Of a DNA stretch of 64,000 nt, positions 31,209 through 42,785 are shown in pieces. The DNA is taken from assembly GCA_040285745.1 (NCBI GenBank), contig JAUFOR010000001.1:1054001-1118000 (forward strand), given 5' to 3'. The stretch's first letter is position 1; each line of letters begins with the position of its first letter. The stretch is from Barthelona sp. PCE. Lineage: Eukaryota. The notes beneath the pieces are model-generated. The model was not told the origin of the DNA, searched no databases, and was given only the letters and a program-made list of their open reading frames with translations. The position numbers and the translations under genes are program-made.

Positions 31209-33014
31209 ATGAACAGAAGAGGGTATTCGGGGGCACAGAAACCCAAGAGGGATAGTAATAAGTCTCAAAGATTTGAGGCAAGTGAAACAGATAAAAATAA
31301 CAGCTATGAAACAGAAAACATGTTTGATTCTGACGTTGAAGACGACTCTATGTTGTTTGATCAAAGGAAGTTCACTTTAAACAAACGTTTTGCAAGAAAC
31401 CATGAGTATAATGTTAAAATGCAAGAATTAGCCCGTTTACGTGATTTAAGCAAGCAAGCTGCACTGGACGAGGATCTTTCCACCGATGATGAGGACGCTG
31501 CACTGATTGACGAAGAGGAAGAGGCTGTATTTGCTGACTTAATTTCAAGAATTCGAAACAAAGACAAATCATTGGTTGAAGATGGTAAGGTGTTCAAGGA
31601 TGCTGACGAGATCGATTATGAAGCCATTAACGAACATATTAGTCAAAAATCAACAGAAAAGAAGTTTACTCTAAAAGACTATGAACGTGAGCGTTTGCTT
31701 AAAGATGGTTATGCTGAGAGCGATCATTCTGAAAATGAAGGGGAAGAAGAAGAGGAGTTGCCGTATGCTGCACGCCAAGAGCAAACAAAAGAACGAGTTA
31801 AAAACCTTATTGACCAAGAACTTGTTGGTGAGAGTGATGAAGATGATCTCTTTACTGAAACTGTGGTTTCTAAGGCTGAGAAAACGGTGGAAGAGGCTGG
31901 TTTTACAGTGGAAGCTGACTTTGCTCGTCCAAAAAAATCCATTATTGAGTTAAAGAGTGTTGATGGAGATTTTTTGAAAAATTATTTATTTACTGATGCT
32001 TGGCGTAAACCAATTGAAGAAGATGTGGACAGTGAAGTGGAAGAGAACGAAGAGAATTTTGATCTCATTGCTGATGATGTCGAAAGAAAATACAACTTCA
32101 AACATGTTGGTGAAAGTACAAGCACAGTCACCCATGTGCGTAATGATGAAGATAGCATGCGTATCAAGAAGGGAGGCCGCAAGGAGTCGCGTAAGAAGAA
32201 GAAGGAGATGATGTCCAAGCTCAAACAGAAGGAAGAAGATGATGAACGTCATTTGAGAAATTTACGCGCTGGAGAGATTAATGAACGTATGGAGGTCCTT
32301 ATCGAGGCATGCGGAAGCCGCGCAGAGGCCGAGGACCTGGTCAATTCCCTTGGTGGGACAGAAAAAATCATGACAATGGACTTTATCAACGATTGGGATC
32401 AGATCATGGAGAAACATTTCGATAACGACTATTATGTTGCCGAGAATGATGAGGGTGAAGAAGAAGCTGAAGAAGAAACGTATTATACTGAGGAAGATAT
32501 GTTTGCAGCCAACTATTCTGACGACGAAAGTGAGAATGTTGACTTAGATAAGGATCGTACTGTTGAAGAACTTCAAGATTTAGTGAATGATTATTTTAAG
32601 AATGATGTCAATGAAGTTGTTTCTAAAGCTAAAACGAGCAAGGCAAAATTTAAATATTTCAAAGTAGCACCTAATTCGTATGGTTTAACAGATGAAGAAC
32701 TATTGTTCCTGGATGAAGATGAGCTGAATGAGCGAATGAATTTCAAAAAATTAGCACCTTACAGAAGACAAATGATGAAGCACAAATTCAGTGAAGGTAA
32801 ACGCACTGATTCAATGAGACAGTATCAGAACCAGATCTCGCGTAAGCTGCAGGTGACCAGGGACGCCGGCGTTGACTCTTCACGTATCGCTGCTTATGCA
32901 GATGTTCGTAGAATGGGTAGAAAGAAGTATGGAATTAATCAAGGTAGCGATAACTATAGAAAGAAGAAGAAAAGGCGCAACAACAAGAGTGGTAAACGTA
33001 AAAACAAGCAATAA
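31209..33014 (+). CDS. KRI1: KRI1 40S biogenesis factor
   Basis: FTLNKRFA, FLKNYLFTDAW, ERKYNF and KFKYFKVAPNSYGLTDEELLFLDEDELNERMNFKKLAPYR (Kri1_C); highly acidic. Confidence 0.93.
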   Translation: MNRRGYSGAQKPKRDSNKSQRFEASETDKNNSYETENMFDSDVEDDSMLFDQRKFTLNKRFARNHEYNVKMQELARLRDLSKQAALDEDLSTDDEDAALIDEEEEAVFADLISRIRNKDKSLVEDGKVFKDADEIDYEAINEHISQKSTEKKFTLKDYERERLLKDGYAESDHSENEGEEEEELPYAARQEQTKERVKNLIDQELVGESDEDDLFTETVVSKAEKTVEEAGFTVEADFARPKKSIIELKSVDGDFLKNYLFTDAWRKPIEEDVDSEVEENEENFDLIADDVERKYNFKHVGESTSTVTHVRNDEDSMRIKKGGRKESRKKKKEMMSKLKQKEEDDERHLRNLRAGEINERMEVLIEACGSRAEAEDLVNSLGGTEKIMTMDFINDWDQIMEKHFDNDYYVAENDEGEEEAEEETYYTEEDMFAANYSDDESENVDLDKDRTVEELQDLVNDYFKNDVNEVVSKAKTSKAKFKYFKVAPNSYGLTDEELLFLDEDELNERMNFKKLAPYRRQMMKHKFSEGKRTDSMRQYQNQISRKLQVTRDAGVDSSRIAAYADVRRMGRKKYGINQGSDNYRKKKKRRNNKSGKRKNKQ

Positions 33015-33092
33015 AAACAAAGCATCGAAAATAGAATCGCATTTATGTTTTCTCTTCTTTCCCTCTTAATATATTTCATATAATTGCATAAT

Positions 33093-33635
33093 ATGGGCCA
33101 GTGGTTTTCGAAACTCTTCTCAAGATCAGTAGATTGTCAGTTACTTGTTTTAGGACTTGATAAAGCGGGAAAAACTAGCGTCTTACAGAATATTCGCACT
33201 AGTGGTGCAAAAACCGAAGACACGGTCGCCACTGTCAACATGGAGTACAGTACTTTCTCTGTAGGACGAATCAATTTTACATCTTTTGATGTTGGTGGAC
33301 AAGAACGTTTGAGGCATACCTGGCGTCATTACTATTTGGGAACCGAGAGTCTTTTGTTTGTGATTGACGCACATGATCGTGGTCGCTTTTCTATTGCACG
33401 ATCTGAACTAGAAAATTTAGTTAGCGATCGATATCTGGCAAATACACCAATTGTAATATTAGCAAACAAGCAAGACCTACAACACTCAACACCACCAGAT
33501 CAATTGGGTAGAATACTAGATTTACATGCATTATTAAAAAATCACCAAGCTCCTTGGACAATAATTGGGACGAGTGCCAAAACTGGAATGGGATTAGATC
33601 ACGCTCTTGATTGGATTTACGAGTGCATCAATTAG
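33093..33635 (+). CDS. Arf-family small GTPase (divergent)
   Basis: MGQWFSKLF start, GLDKAGKT, DVGGQ, WRHYY, NKQD, SAK. Confidence 0.9.
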   Translation: MGQWFSKLFSRSVDCQLLVLGLDKAGKTSVLQNIRTSGAKTEDTVATVNMEYSTFSVGRINFTSFDVGGQERLRHTWRHYYLGTESLLFVIDAHDRGRFSIARSELENLVSDRYLANTPIVILANKQDLQHSTPPDQLGRILDLHALLKNHQAPWTIIGTSAKTGMGLDHALDWIYECIN

Positions 33636-33639
33636 ACAA

Positions 33640-35871
33640 TCAAATCAATGATTTCGTTTCAGCTATGCTGATTGAACAGTGTGGTACTGTATTAATATTT
33701 GAAAAAAGTGCAAAAAATCTACACGGTAAATTCTTTGAATTTCCCATTAGAACAAAGTTTTTAAGCTTTAAAGTGAGATTTAAACCTGAAAGAACAGTAT
33801 AAAATTCGCGTCTGGTTTTTTTCTGTTGCTCAACATAAAACTCTGATTCAACAGGTACTCTTCTATCAAAAAGACGTGAAGCCTCTCCTTCGGCCAATAC
33901 ACGGGTCACACGCTTAGCTAACTGACCAATTACACGACGAGCGTCGTTTGGCGTCTCAAAATTTGATGTTTGCACCGATTGTAATACATGAAGTGGGAAA
34001 ATGTTTGACCTGCATAATTCCTCCAGTAAAACGTTCCAGATCTCTGAAAATAACCTCTTTCCTGAAAATTCAAACCAAACACAAACTTCATCAAGAACAT
34101 CTTCAACATTCCACAATGGTTCTTGCTCAGAAACAGGTTCAGGTTGTGTTTCCTTCCAGATTTCCGTCCATCTGCTGTGCTCTCCCATGCGTGGAGAAGC
34201 TTTTCCATCGAAATCACGAGGAGAAAACCATTGTAAGAAATCTTCAAAAGTGCAAACTGGATTTGCAGCTTTAAATGCCTTCATATCACTGCGGAGAGTA
34301 CATGAATAATGCTCGAGACGCTCCTCCTGGTCCATGACCTTGACTGCTTCAACTTCTGCAGAATGCTCTTCAGCAGTGATAGGTTTATGCTTAAAGGTTA
34401 TGGGAACGTTGAAAGCTGTTGTTTTGTACATAACACCGGCTGGATCCAGCACAATGGGCTCTGCGTCGACGAAAACGTCATGTTCTTCAACAATATCCAC
34501 TTCATCAGCAGAAAAAAATTCATCTTCCTCAAAAATATCAATTTCCTCCTCTTTTTCATCAACAACGACCTCGTCCTCGGCAGTGCTGGACTCATCTTCG
34601 GACTCCCACTCGCTCCAGTTCTCCTCTACATCATCGGACTCTTCTTGTATATTCACAACTACATCTTTCTCCTGCTCTTTCTCCTGCACTTCTTCTTCCA
34701 ACTCAGTGGGTGCAGATGTAAACACACCGCCCATTGCGACGTTAAATGCCTGCATTTTCTGGTAAGCTAAACCATATCGCATCGAAACGGTCTCCTCAAC
34801 TTCAACATTTGGTAAATTCACTGAACTCCTTCTACAATAAGAAATCATCGCTTGGAGGGAGGCTACGGCCTGTCTGAGCTCATACCACGATTCTGAGGTG
34901 ATTATTTGTCTCACAAACATGTCGAACAACGAATTTTTTGGACAACTTTTCAATTGGGCATGACCTAATATTTTTTCTTCAATTTCAGGGTATTCTGTGC
35001 TTTCAACGGGTATGGGAGCGTCCCATGCACCCTCTTTCTCGATCCAATCAAGAATTGTTAGCAACTGCAAAAATAAACCTGCTCTCTTTTGTGTACTAAT
35101 CTTTATAGCCCATTTAGAGGCTCCCTCAAGCTCGGAAATGCCAAAAGCGTTATCTAAACTGTCAGCGCACCGTGTATCCAGTGTTCCTGCCTTAACCAAT
35201 GGCCAATCTATACGCAAAGAAATTTCTTCTATACCACGATTAATCGTATGGCCATAAACACGCGTCAGGGGATTATGGTTTGTCCTCGCTGTGAAATACA
35301 ACGACATTGCTTCAAACTTTCGATCTGAAATGCAGGTATTGTATGCATATTCCCAAACATCACTTAATGTTGGTTTAATTCGTACGACTTGACTTTGATG
35401 TAGCATTAATCGTATGCCCTGGTGAATGATCTCACCGTGGTAGAAGACATTATTGATGGAAGATGAGTAAATAACATAAGGAATTGTAAATTTGTTACAC
35501 ACTATTGTTATTGCTGAATTTGGCAAATTAATATTGGTTTCTATTGGTTTGATAGTCTGGTTTACGCCCGCAGACCCCAGTATCACCAGACGGCGAACAC
35601 CAAACCATGAAATGGAATGATGATCGGCTCTAAAAAATGCTTTGGTCCATAACAATTTTTTGATACCAACCGGAAGTGGTGCATAGCAAGGATGCCATTG
35701 ATCTGTGGTGACCATTCCGATACGGTAAACCTCATCACCGATATTAATATCCCGTGTCATATAACCTTTGCCCTTTATACGAAAAAAATCATCAAAAACA
35801 AGTTCTAAGTCATGTACAAACTGCTCTAGTGGGGTAACTATGCTGTAATCGAGCACTTCCTTGGATCCCAT
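33640..35871 (-). CDS. RAB3GAP1: Rab3 GTPase-activating protein catalytic subunit
   Basis: LRSDMKAFKAANPVCTFEDFLQWFSPRD and SPRM...W-EIW...P...Q motifs; N-terminal DYSIVTPLEQFVHDLE. Confidence 0.92.
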   Translation of the reverse strand: MGSKEVLDYSIVTPLEQFVHDLELVFDDFFRIKGKGYMTRDINIGDEVYRIGMVTTDQWHPCYAPLPVGIKKLLWTKAFFRADHHSISWFGVRRLVILGSAGVNQTIKPIETNINLPNSAITIVCNKFTIPYVIYSSSINNVFYHGEIIHQGIRLMLHQSQVVRIKPTLSDVWEYAYNTCISDRKFEAMSLYFTARTNHNPLTRVYGHTINRGIEEISLRIDWPLVKAGTLDTRCADSLDNAFGISELEGASKWAIKISTQKRAGLFLQLLTILDWIEKEGAWDAPIPVESTEYPEIEEKILGHAQLKSCPKNSLFDMFVRQIITSESWYELRQAVASLQAMISYCRRSSVNLPNVEVEETVSMRYGLAYQKMQAFNVAMGGVFTSAPTELEEEVQEKEQEKDVVVNIQEESDDVEENWSEWESEDESSTAEDEVVVDEKEEEIDIFEEDEFFSADEVDIVEEHDVFVDAEPIVLDPAGVMYKTTAFNVPITFKHKPITAEEHSAEVEAVKVMDQEERLEHYSCTLRSDMKAFKAANPVCTFEDFLQWFSPRDFDGKASPRMGEHSRWTEIWKETQPEPVSEQEPLWNVEDVLDEVCVWFEFSGKRLFSEIWNVLLEELCRSNIFPLHVLQSVQTSNFETPNDARRVIGQLAKRVTRVLAEGEASRLFDRRVPVESEFYVEQQKKTRREFYTVLSGLNLTLKLKNFVLMGNSKNLPCRFFALFSNINTVPHCSISIAETKSLI

Positions 35872-35944
35872 TAACTAGAAAAGGTATGTATTAACAAAAC
35901 AACTATATTCACCAATCTATCCCTTTACACATTTTAACAACCTT

Positions 35945-36610
35945 ATGTTGACCGATCACGAGAGCATTCTTGTTGTCTTCGCACATCCAGATGATGAATC
36001 ATTCTTCTGGTCACCCACAATTTTTAATCTAATCGATAGGGGCATTTGTGTGGATTTCTTATGCTGCACATCTGGAGAATACACTCAAGAGGGGCCCAGT
36101 GACGAGCTGGCAACCACTAGGGCGGAAGAACTGAAGAATACTGCAAATTCTTTTGGTGTGAGGAATGTAGATATCATTTACGACCAATCTGTCTGCCCAG
36201 ACCACCCCCAAAAGGTGTGGAACAGAATGAGAGTTTGCGAAACTATCCAGGACACTTTTTTGCGCAACAAAAATACTGCGATTTTAACTTTTGATGAATT
36301 TGGCATCAGTGGACATACTAACCACATTGCATGTTACAACTCCTGCAAGTTCCTTACTGAAGAAACTAAAGTACCGTTGTTTTTTGTTAAATCGGTGGGA
36401 AAGTTACCAAAGTTTTGCTTTTTCGCATACATTCCTTATTTGTTTAGTAGACGCTTTGAAAAGTTCAGATGCAGTCACCGTAGAGCATGGAGTGCTTTCA
36501 GTAATCACAGATCACAGTTGTTGTGGTATAGATATTTGTTTTTCGCATTTTCTTCTTACTCATGGCATAACCTCGTCTTCCAGTATCTCCCAGAGGACGG
36601 TGGCGATTAG
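35945..36610 (+). CDS. PIGL: GlcNAc-PI de-N-acetylase (PIG-L/GPI12)
   Basis: AHPDDESFF, TFDEFGISGHTNH and HRSQLLWYRYLF motifs. Confidence 0.93.
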   Translation: MLTDHESILVVFAHPDDESFFWSPTIFNLIDRGICVDFLCCTSGEYTQEGPSDELATTRAEELKNTANSFGVRNVDIIYDQSVCPDHPQKVWNRMRVCETIQDTFLRNKNTAILTFDEFGISGHTNHIACYNSCKFLTEETKVPLFFVKSVGKLPKFCFFAYIPYLFSRRFEKFRCSHRRAWSAFSNHRSQLLWYRYLFFAFSSYSWHNLVFQYLPEDGGD

Positions 36611-36926
36611 ATTACATATATCGTAAATTGATAGGCGGTGTAATAGTTTTCTTTTGATGAAGCAGCAATTTTTGATATAGCTACCATATGTCACAGGCAA
36701 TAGATACGAAATACGTCCATATGAGCGGGTTTTAGTCCAAATCCAGTGTGTCGTGTGAAATTCTTCACTGTTCATTGGAAATAGCAAATTTCATGTAAAA
36801 CACAACTACCATCCCACAGAGAACCTTTACTCCGTTCAGCCATTGGCAAAATAATGAATTTAAGCGTTAGGAACTTTACGCACTTTTGCTTTTTCCTTCT
36901 CATTCAGCGGTTCAAACTTTACTTAC

Positions 36927-38393
36927 ATGCATCCGCCTGAAGATACGCGGGGAATCAGTCGTAAGAATATGATTATCGATGGAAATCCAAAGTATTGGGG
37001 TTCATCTTCTGTTAGGAAACCTTCACCTGGCATTGGGCAAGTTTTTACAAACATTCCGTTTTTAGCGCGCGTCGATGAGGATATAACACTTGATTGTCAT
37101 CGATTTTACGTTAATAATAGCAAATTTTCTTCATGTTGTGATGGTGTAAGTGTATTTCTGGGTGAAATGAACGATATACAGATCGACTACTTCGTGGTTG
37201 GAATGTACAACGTGCTCTATCTTTTGAAACACGAACCATCGACAACGCCAAGAAATGACCCAATAGCTGAGTTCACCTTCTCAGAGGCAATTACTTCAGT
37301 TGCATTTATACAACAAGCAGCAGCAATGGGGCGTCTTGTGTGTCTTGTGGGCCTTGCTAACGGGGCAGTATCTATTTTGGATCTTGAGAGGGCTAAGTTC
37401 GTGAATCAAATTAAATCTTTTATTGACTCTGAGATAATCGGTTTTGCGGTGGACACGGCTAGGTTGAGCAGGGACAACATATTTAGGGGCGAGTTCTGGG
37501 CTATCTTTGCCAATGGGGTAGCTCTAGCTTTTGATATGAGATATGTAGAGAATCATTCTAGTGTTAATCTAAGGAAAATTTCTTCTATTGTATATCCTTT
37601 AAAGGGCGAAAAGAACCCAACAAAGATGGTTAAAGTGGGTGGAGGTATGTCAATCTCAAGAATAAGGCATAGTTTTACGTCCGGCATCCTGCTAGTGATA
37701 CCCTGTGATTCCCACGCCATAGCGTTTGACTTCCCGTCATTTGAGGCGGCCCCTGTATCCATACCTCTCAGCTATGTGCTCCCTGAACAAGCATTTGTTC
37801 ATCCAGACATGGCTGTAGTTGCGACGCAGGATAACATGATTAGACTTTGCATTTCTTCTGATCAGGAGCAATATCGGTTCATTGGGAGCTCCGCCTGGTC
37901 TGTTCTACTATTTAGGTTTAGTGGAAGCCCGGATGGTAAAACTTCCGATCATTTCATTGGTTCTGTCAACCATAACGGGCAAATATGCATATGGTCGGCG
38001 ACGAGATCTGCATTGGAGATGACGTTGATGAACGACCATGTCGCCTATCCTCTTTTTGATGAGCGTTTGACGAATAATTACATTTTTTGTGCTTCAGTCT
38101 CTACACCTTCTGATTTTTCTGAGTTTTTTCAGCTTTCAATGTGTTTTGTTAGTGCAAAGAGCGCAAAGATCGTCAGGCTGGGTTATTTTGTGTCCGATGA
38201 TATCAGAGAATCAGATTTACAAGCGGCCGGTATCGGATCCCTGGTTACCCCATCACCGATCTCTTTTAACGAGCTGGACAGTATGGCAACGCTGCCTTTG
38301 GAGTTCGATGATAAAGTTTATATCGATAATGAGGATGAAGAAGATAATGAGGATGACGATTATTACTATAACACAACCAGTTCATCAGAATAA
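36927..38393 (+). CDS. Divergent WD40 protein, WDR20/CreC-like
   Basis: CLVGLANGAVSILD, KNPTKMVKVGGG, ATQDNMI, GSSAWS and IGSVNHNGQICIW occur in the order seen in WDR20/CreC. Confidence 0.6.
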   Translation: MHPPEDTRGISRKNMIIDGNPKYWGSSSVRKPSPGIGQVFTNIPFLARVDEDITLDCHRFYVNNSKFSSCCDGVSVFLGEMNDIQIDYFVVGMYNVLYLLKHEPSTTPRNDPIAEFTFSEAITSVAFIQQAAAMGRLVCLVGLANGAVSILDLERAKFVNQIKSFIDSEIIGFAVDTARLSRDNIFRGEFWAIFANGVALAFDMRYVENHSSVNLRKISSIVYPLKGEKNPTKMVKVGGGMSISRIRHSFTSGILLVIPCDSHAIAFDFPSFEAAPVSIPLSYVLPEQAFVHPDMAVVATQDNMIRLCISSDQEQYRFIGSSAWSVLLFRFSGSPDGKTSDHFIGSVNHNGQICIWSATRSALEMTLMNDHVAYPLFDERLTNNYIFCASVSTPSDFSEFFQLSMCFVSAKSAKIVRLGYFVSDDIRESDLQAAGIGSLVTPSPISFNELDSMATLPLEFDDKVYIDNEDEEDNEDDDYYYNTTSSSE

Positions 38394-38401
38394 ATAATTT
38401 A

Positions 38402-39355
38402 CTAATCTTCCCATAACGACAATGTCTTCTCTGTTACAATAATTAGTTTATGTTCATTAGGCAAAAAGGATATTCCATGAACTTTTTCATCAAGATGTAT
38501 AGTAGTGAGTAATTCTGCTGTTGAAACACTATATAACATCGCTTTAAAGTTTTTACGACTGATACCAGCGATGATATTACCAGTATGATCAACTGAAATG
38601 CCTTGAATATTGATGTCGCTCTCAATGCGATGAATCAACTCCAAAGTATCAGTGTTCCAAACGTATATAGAACTATCCTCCCCACCAGTCACCAGTGTCT
38701 TACCGTTGTGTGTTAGATCCATTGTATGAATCCAAAATTTATGTTTTTCGGTAGAAACTGATTGTAAAACGATATCATTATCTATATGTTCATATATACG
38801 CACTGTGCCGTCCCACCACGTGGAAATGAAACGTCCATCGGGTAAGAACATAGCCCCTGTGCAATAAGAGTCATCATCAACCAAGTGGATACCAGATCCA
38901 ACTTTGGGTTGAAAAATTAGCGTACCAGCATCGTTAAATGTTGATAGAATGTAAGCATCGCCTGACGGGTGTGCGTCTACAGAACGTAAGTGTCTTCCAT
39001 TTGGAGAAACACGAATCGTTGATGGTCTTTGCAAAATATTACTCGAAATTTCTTTTCTTCTGAGATTTCCTGTGGATATTCCCGCCACTACACTGTCTTC
39101 AGTTAAACACAAAGGACATGTAACCTTTTCTGGTAAATCAAAGGAAGAAGAAAATTCAAGATCATAATTGTAAAGTTTGACAGAAGATTCAACACCTTCA
39201 TCGACGCAGTGAACCGCAACAAAACCGTGCCCGATACCCATTCTTGCAATATCATCATCTAGACTCCCATTTTCAGATATCTCAACAGACTTTACCTTTG
39301 TAAAGTTAAAACTAACACCACCACTGTTTTCTGTCTCAGCCACAATCGATGGCAT
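38402..39355 (-). CDS. WD40-repeat protein
   Basis: FISTWWDGTVRIY and HKFWIHTMDLTHNGKTLVTGGEDSSIYVWN repeats. Confidence 0.88.
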   Translation of the reverse strand: MPSIVAETENSGGVSFNFTKVKSVEISENGSLDDDIARMGIGHGFVAVHCVDEGVESSVKLYNYDLEFSSSFDLPEKVTCPLCLTEDSVVAGISTGNLRRKEISSNILQRPSTIRVSPNGRHLRSVDAHPSGDAYILSTFNDAGTLIFQPKVGSGIHLVDDDSYCTGAMFLPDGRFISTWWDGTVRIYEHIDNDIVLQSVSTEKHKFWIHTMDLTHNGKTLVTGGEDSSIYVWNTDTLELIHRIESDINIQGISVDHTGNIIAGISRKNFKAMLYSVSTAELLTTIHLDEKVHGISFLPNEHKLIIVTEKTLSLWED

Positions 39356-39408
39356 CTTGAAAAAGTATATAAAATAAAAACAAAACGCTTTATTATCTCT
39401 TGGTTAAA

Positions 39409-42400
39409 TTACTCATTTTCACTTTCTACAGGTGTAGGTGCGATTTCGGGCTGCGATGGTGTGGCGACTGAGAGCTCAGTGGATGACTCAACAGATGTAG
39501 TAGCAGGGAATGCAGGAATTGAGAAAGCTGGGGCTACAATACTAGTTGTCTCTGCTTCCACCTCTGTTTCAGGTTCCTCTGGGACTGGGGTCTCAACCTT
39601 GGGTGCCTCTGGGGTGGGTACAACAGGAGCTGGAGCTTCAGGCTGCTCAACATTTGCTACAGGTTCAACAACTACGGGTGTTTCAACAACTACGGGTGTT
39701 TCAACAACAATGGGTGTTTCAGGTACAACAGGTGTCTCGACAGTAGCAAGAGCAGGTGCAGGTGCCTCAACAATAGCAGGGGTGGTTGGTGCAGTTGGTA
39801 CAGCTGGTGTTTCAGCTGGTGCAGGAGTTTCCGTAGGTGCAGGAGTTTCAGTGGAATCTTCTTCACCTTTAGCAGCTTCATCGGCTTTGGCAGCAGCCAT
39901 AAACTTCTTAGCATCCTCAAGTTTTCTCTTTTTAACTTCTGCCATACGTTGCTCAGCTGCAGTCATAACCTTACCAGAAAGATTAGGTACCGGCCACGAT
40001 TTCTTCTCAACCTTGATAGATTCCAAGAACTTTTCCTTCTTTTCCTTGAACTTCTCTTCCTTAATCTTCTCACGGTTCTCACGCCAATGAGTATCTTCTT
40101 CCTTAACATAACAATACTTAAGAGCTTCCAGTTCAACCTGAATCAACTCCAACTCAGGCTCAACAAAACGCTCAACCTCAAGGCCTTCCTTCTTCCTACG
40201 CTTGGCTTCCTTGTCCCACTTACGCTTCAAGCTACGCCTCTTTTCAGTATGGTCTTGTTTACGTGTCTCATTTTCCTTCTCAAACTCTTCTGTTTTTTCT
40301 TCGTAAAGCTTAACCTTCTGAGCAATGACATAAGCACAGTCTGGGAGTGTCTCTGGGGTGATGACTCCAGAAGGGCAGAGAATACGAAGTCCTTCAGTTA
40401 AGAACTCAATACCAAACTTATCAAGTGCTTTGTACAGATCAATGGCTTGCTTCTCTGACTTCTGAGCCTGCTTCATTGTCTTCTTCAAAAACGCACGGCG
40501 TTCACGGCTGTCGGGATGAGCAGGAACAGTGTTAAACAACTTTGTCATACGCTTCACAAAAACATGTGTACGACCATATACCTCAACAATACCATCCTCT
40601 GTGATTCCCTCAATGGGAACAGCGAAACGCAGAACCTCACGACGTGAAGCCGGCTTAGACTGATCCATCAAGCTGCTAAAGTTATTAGCATTAACCGTCT
40701 TGGTACGCATCTTGATATTAGCAGAATCATAATGCACTGAACCAGCTGGAGAGAACGCAGGACGATCAACTTTAGGACGCATGCGCTTAATAGTCTTTGC
40801 TTTTGCTGAACCTAAAATCTTTTCGCGTTGTTCACCACTCAGTTTGGAGAGATTTTTCTGTCTGCGGCTTACACGTTTAGCAGACTTGATGGGAGATTTC
40901 ATCGTTGCACTGCGACGTGTACGGGGGGTGCTTCTATCAGTTTCAACCTTTTTAGCAAGACGAGCAGGCTTAGGCGAGGGCAAGACGGTCTCAATATCCA
41001 TTGCTCGGGTGTGTGCCTTGATCAGGGCATCAACAGTGGTCTCAGAGGGACAAATTGCGGTAACAAGAGCACGTAGTAACACGGCATGTGTAAGTAAAGC
41101 GTCCCATTCTGGGTGCGGCGAAGTCTCCATAGAGCATTCCTTCATTATCATGTGATTCTCACCCTCTTCCAACATCTTAAGATGAAGACCTAATAATTCC
41201 TGCTCTGCTGACTCGATAGTCGACTGTACATCGGTTGAATGTTCACCTAATGAATATTCTTGAAGACCATCTACAATATCACGGGCAAGAGCCTTGACAC
41301 GAACATTAACAACGACATTGAGGTCGGAAGAATCATACTCAACGTATTCACTACCCTTGTTATTTAATAACAAACCGTTGAGACGTGTACCATCGACATA
41401 TCTCAATAAACAATTGGCTAGAGACAAATGATCAAGTAACAGGAAGTTACGGATCAGAGAACGACCAATGCTATCATTCCAAACTGGGAATGCAACGAGT
41501 TCACGATGAATGATCTTTGCAACAGCCATATCGCTTGCAGATATCCAAGCGATACAAAGCGCGCATTCGACATGCTTCTTCAGCAAAGCCGTTGCGAGGT
41601 CTGGGTCCTCGACAGTATCAATGTCCTCCTGGATGACGTTAAGTAACTTACTAAATACATTAAAACGGGTAACAAGCTCAACTCCGATACGGCGATTAGG
41701 ATCAACGTTCTGCACCAACAAGCGCAGGACACGCATGGCCTTGGCAGAGCATGCAGTTAATCCAGAAACACTATCGACCAATGCGTAATGTCCAACACAA
41801 TCGACGAAAGACGAAATGAACACAGAAGGATGTGGTTTGGAAACAATAATAGTCTCTAATAAGTTAAGGATTGAGTTACGGACAGTCTGGTCCTTCTCTG
41901 AACGCAATAATGCTTTGAGAGTGGGAGCTAGGTTGAGATCTAACTGGACAGCTTCGATATACCCATCATAGCTGTTAACAAGTGTGGCAATGATGTCAGC
42001 GCAGTATCCCCTGACGTGGGCGCTGCTGTCAGATTGCAAAGCCTTGAAGACAACCTGTGAGCGATCACCTTTAATGAATTCAACACCGTTATAGTTGGCA
42101 AGCGTATGTAGAACAACACAAACCCAACGGGAAGCGATGACAGATGATTCTTGCTCAAGAAGAAAGCATAAAATGTCAATACCATCTTTTTCGATAACAG
42201 TTGCACAACAAAGATCTGAAAGTGATGAAAGATGACTCAAGAGTTCGTTAGATGCGGCTCTGGTATCTCTGTCATCATCTGTTTGAGAGATATGTAATAA
42301 ATAAACAATGGCATCTTTCTCAATAATGTCACTGGTGAATTTCGCAGCAAGACGTTCAAAAGCACTTACAATTACACTATCTGTTTCGTTGTTCGGGTTG

Positions 42401-42785
42401 TTACAAAGCAACAGGAGATGTAAAATCAAATTCACACAAGCACGAGTTGTTAAAGAAGAAATCATAAACGGAGATGAATCATCCACGGTAGAAAGTGAAA
42501 GGAATCGGATCAAAATGTCCAGAACCCTCAGATCATAATCGAATAATAAATGGTACAGCCTCTGGGGATTGGCATCACTAAATGTTAGAATCACAAAAAC
42601 TTTTTGTGCACATACCTTTCGAGTAGCTGACATAGCAGCTCGAGCAGATCAACAATCTGCTCCTGCGAAGGAACCTCTTCAAACCCATCGTAAGATTCAG
42701 GTAATTTCAATGCCGACTTTAGTGTAGCGATAATTTCGGACAAACATTCAACTTCCTCTCCAAGTGAAATAAGCGGTGTACTCAT
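39409..42785 (-). CDS. ARM/HEAT-repeat protein with a charged coiled coil and P/T/V/E-rich tail; exons 42785-42616 and 42577-39409
   Basis: A 38-nt consensus intron joins ORFs 42591-42827 and 39409-42633; the helical-repeat N-half includes IEKDGIDILCFLL. Confidence 0.82.
39664..39735 (-). repeat. Coding tandem repeat, about four 18-bp units (ETPVVV-like)
   Basis: ttcaacaactacgggtgt twice exactly, plus two degenerate copies. Confidence 0.85.
42578..42615 (-). other. Spliceosomal intron, 38 nt, phase 2
   Basis: GTATGTGCACAAAAAGTTTTTGTGATTCTAACATTTAG; removal gives ...LE-S-DANP in frame. Confidence 0.92.

Noticed and set aside
35884-35889. GTATGT donor-like hexamer upstream of PIG-L
   Set aside because: No AG or branch motif before the PIG-L ATG, and no room for an upstream exon beside the divergent RAB3GAP1 start.
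36816-36823. ACAGAGA (U6-like box) with a nearby Sm-like AATTTTTG
   Set aside because: The downstream AGC triad and internal stem-loop of U6 are absent; these are isolated short matches.
39461-40090. 209-aa T/G/V/A-rich plus-strand ORF and similar S-rich antisense ORFs (19173, 34334)
   Set aside because: Antisense shadows of low-complexity P/E/T-rich regions of real minus-strand genes.
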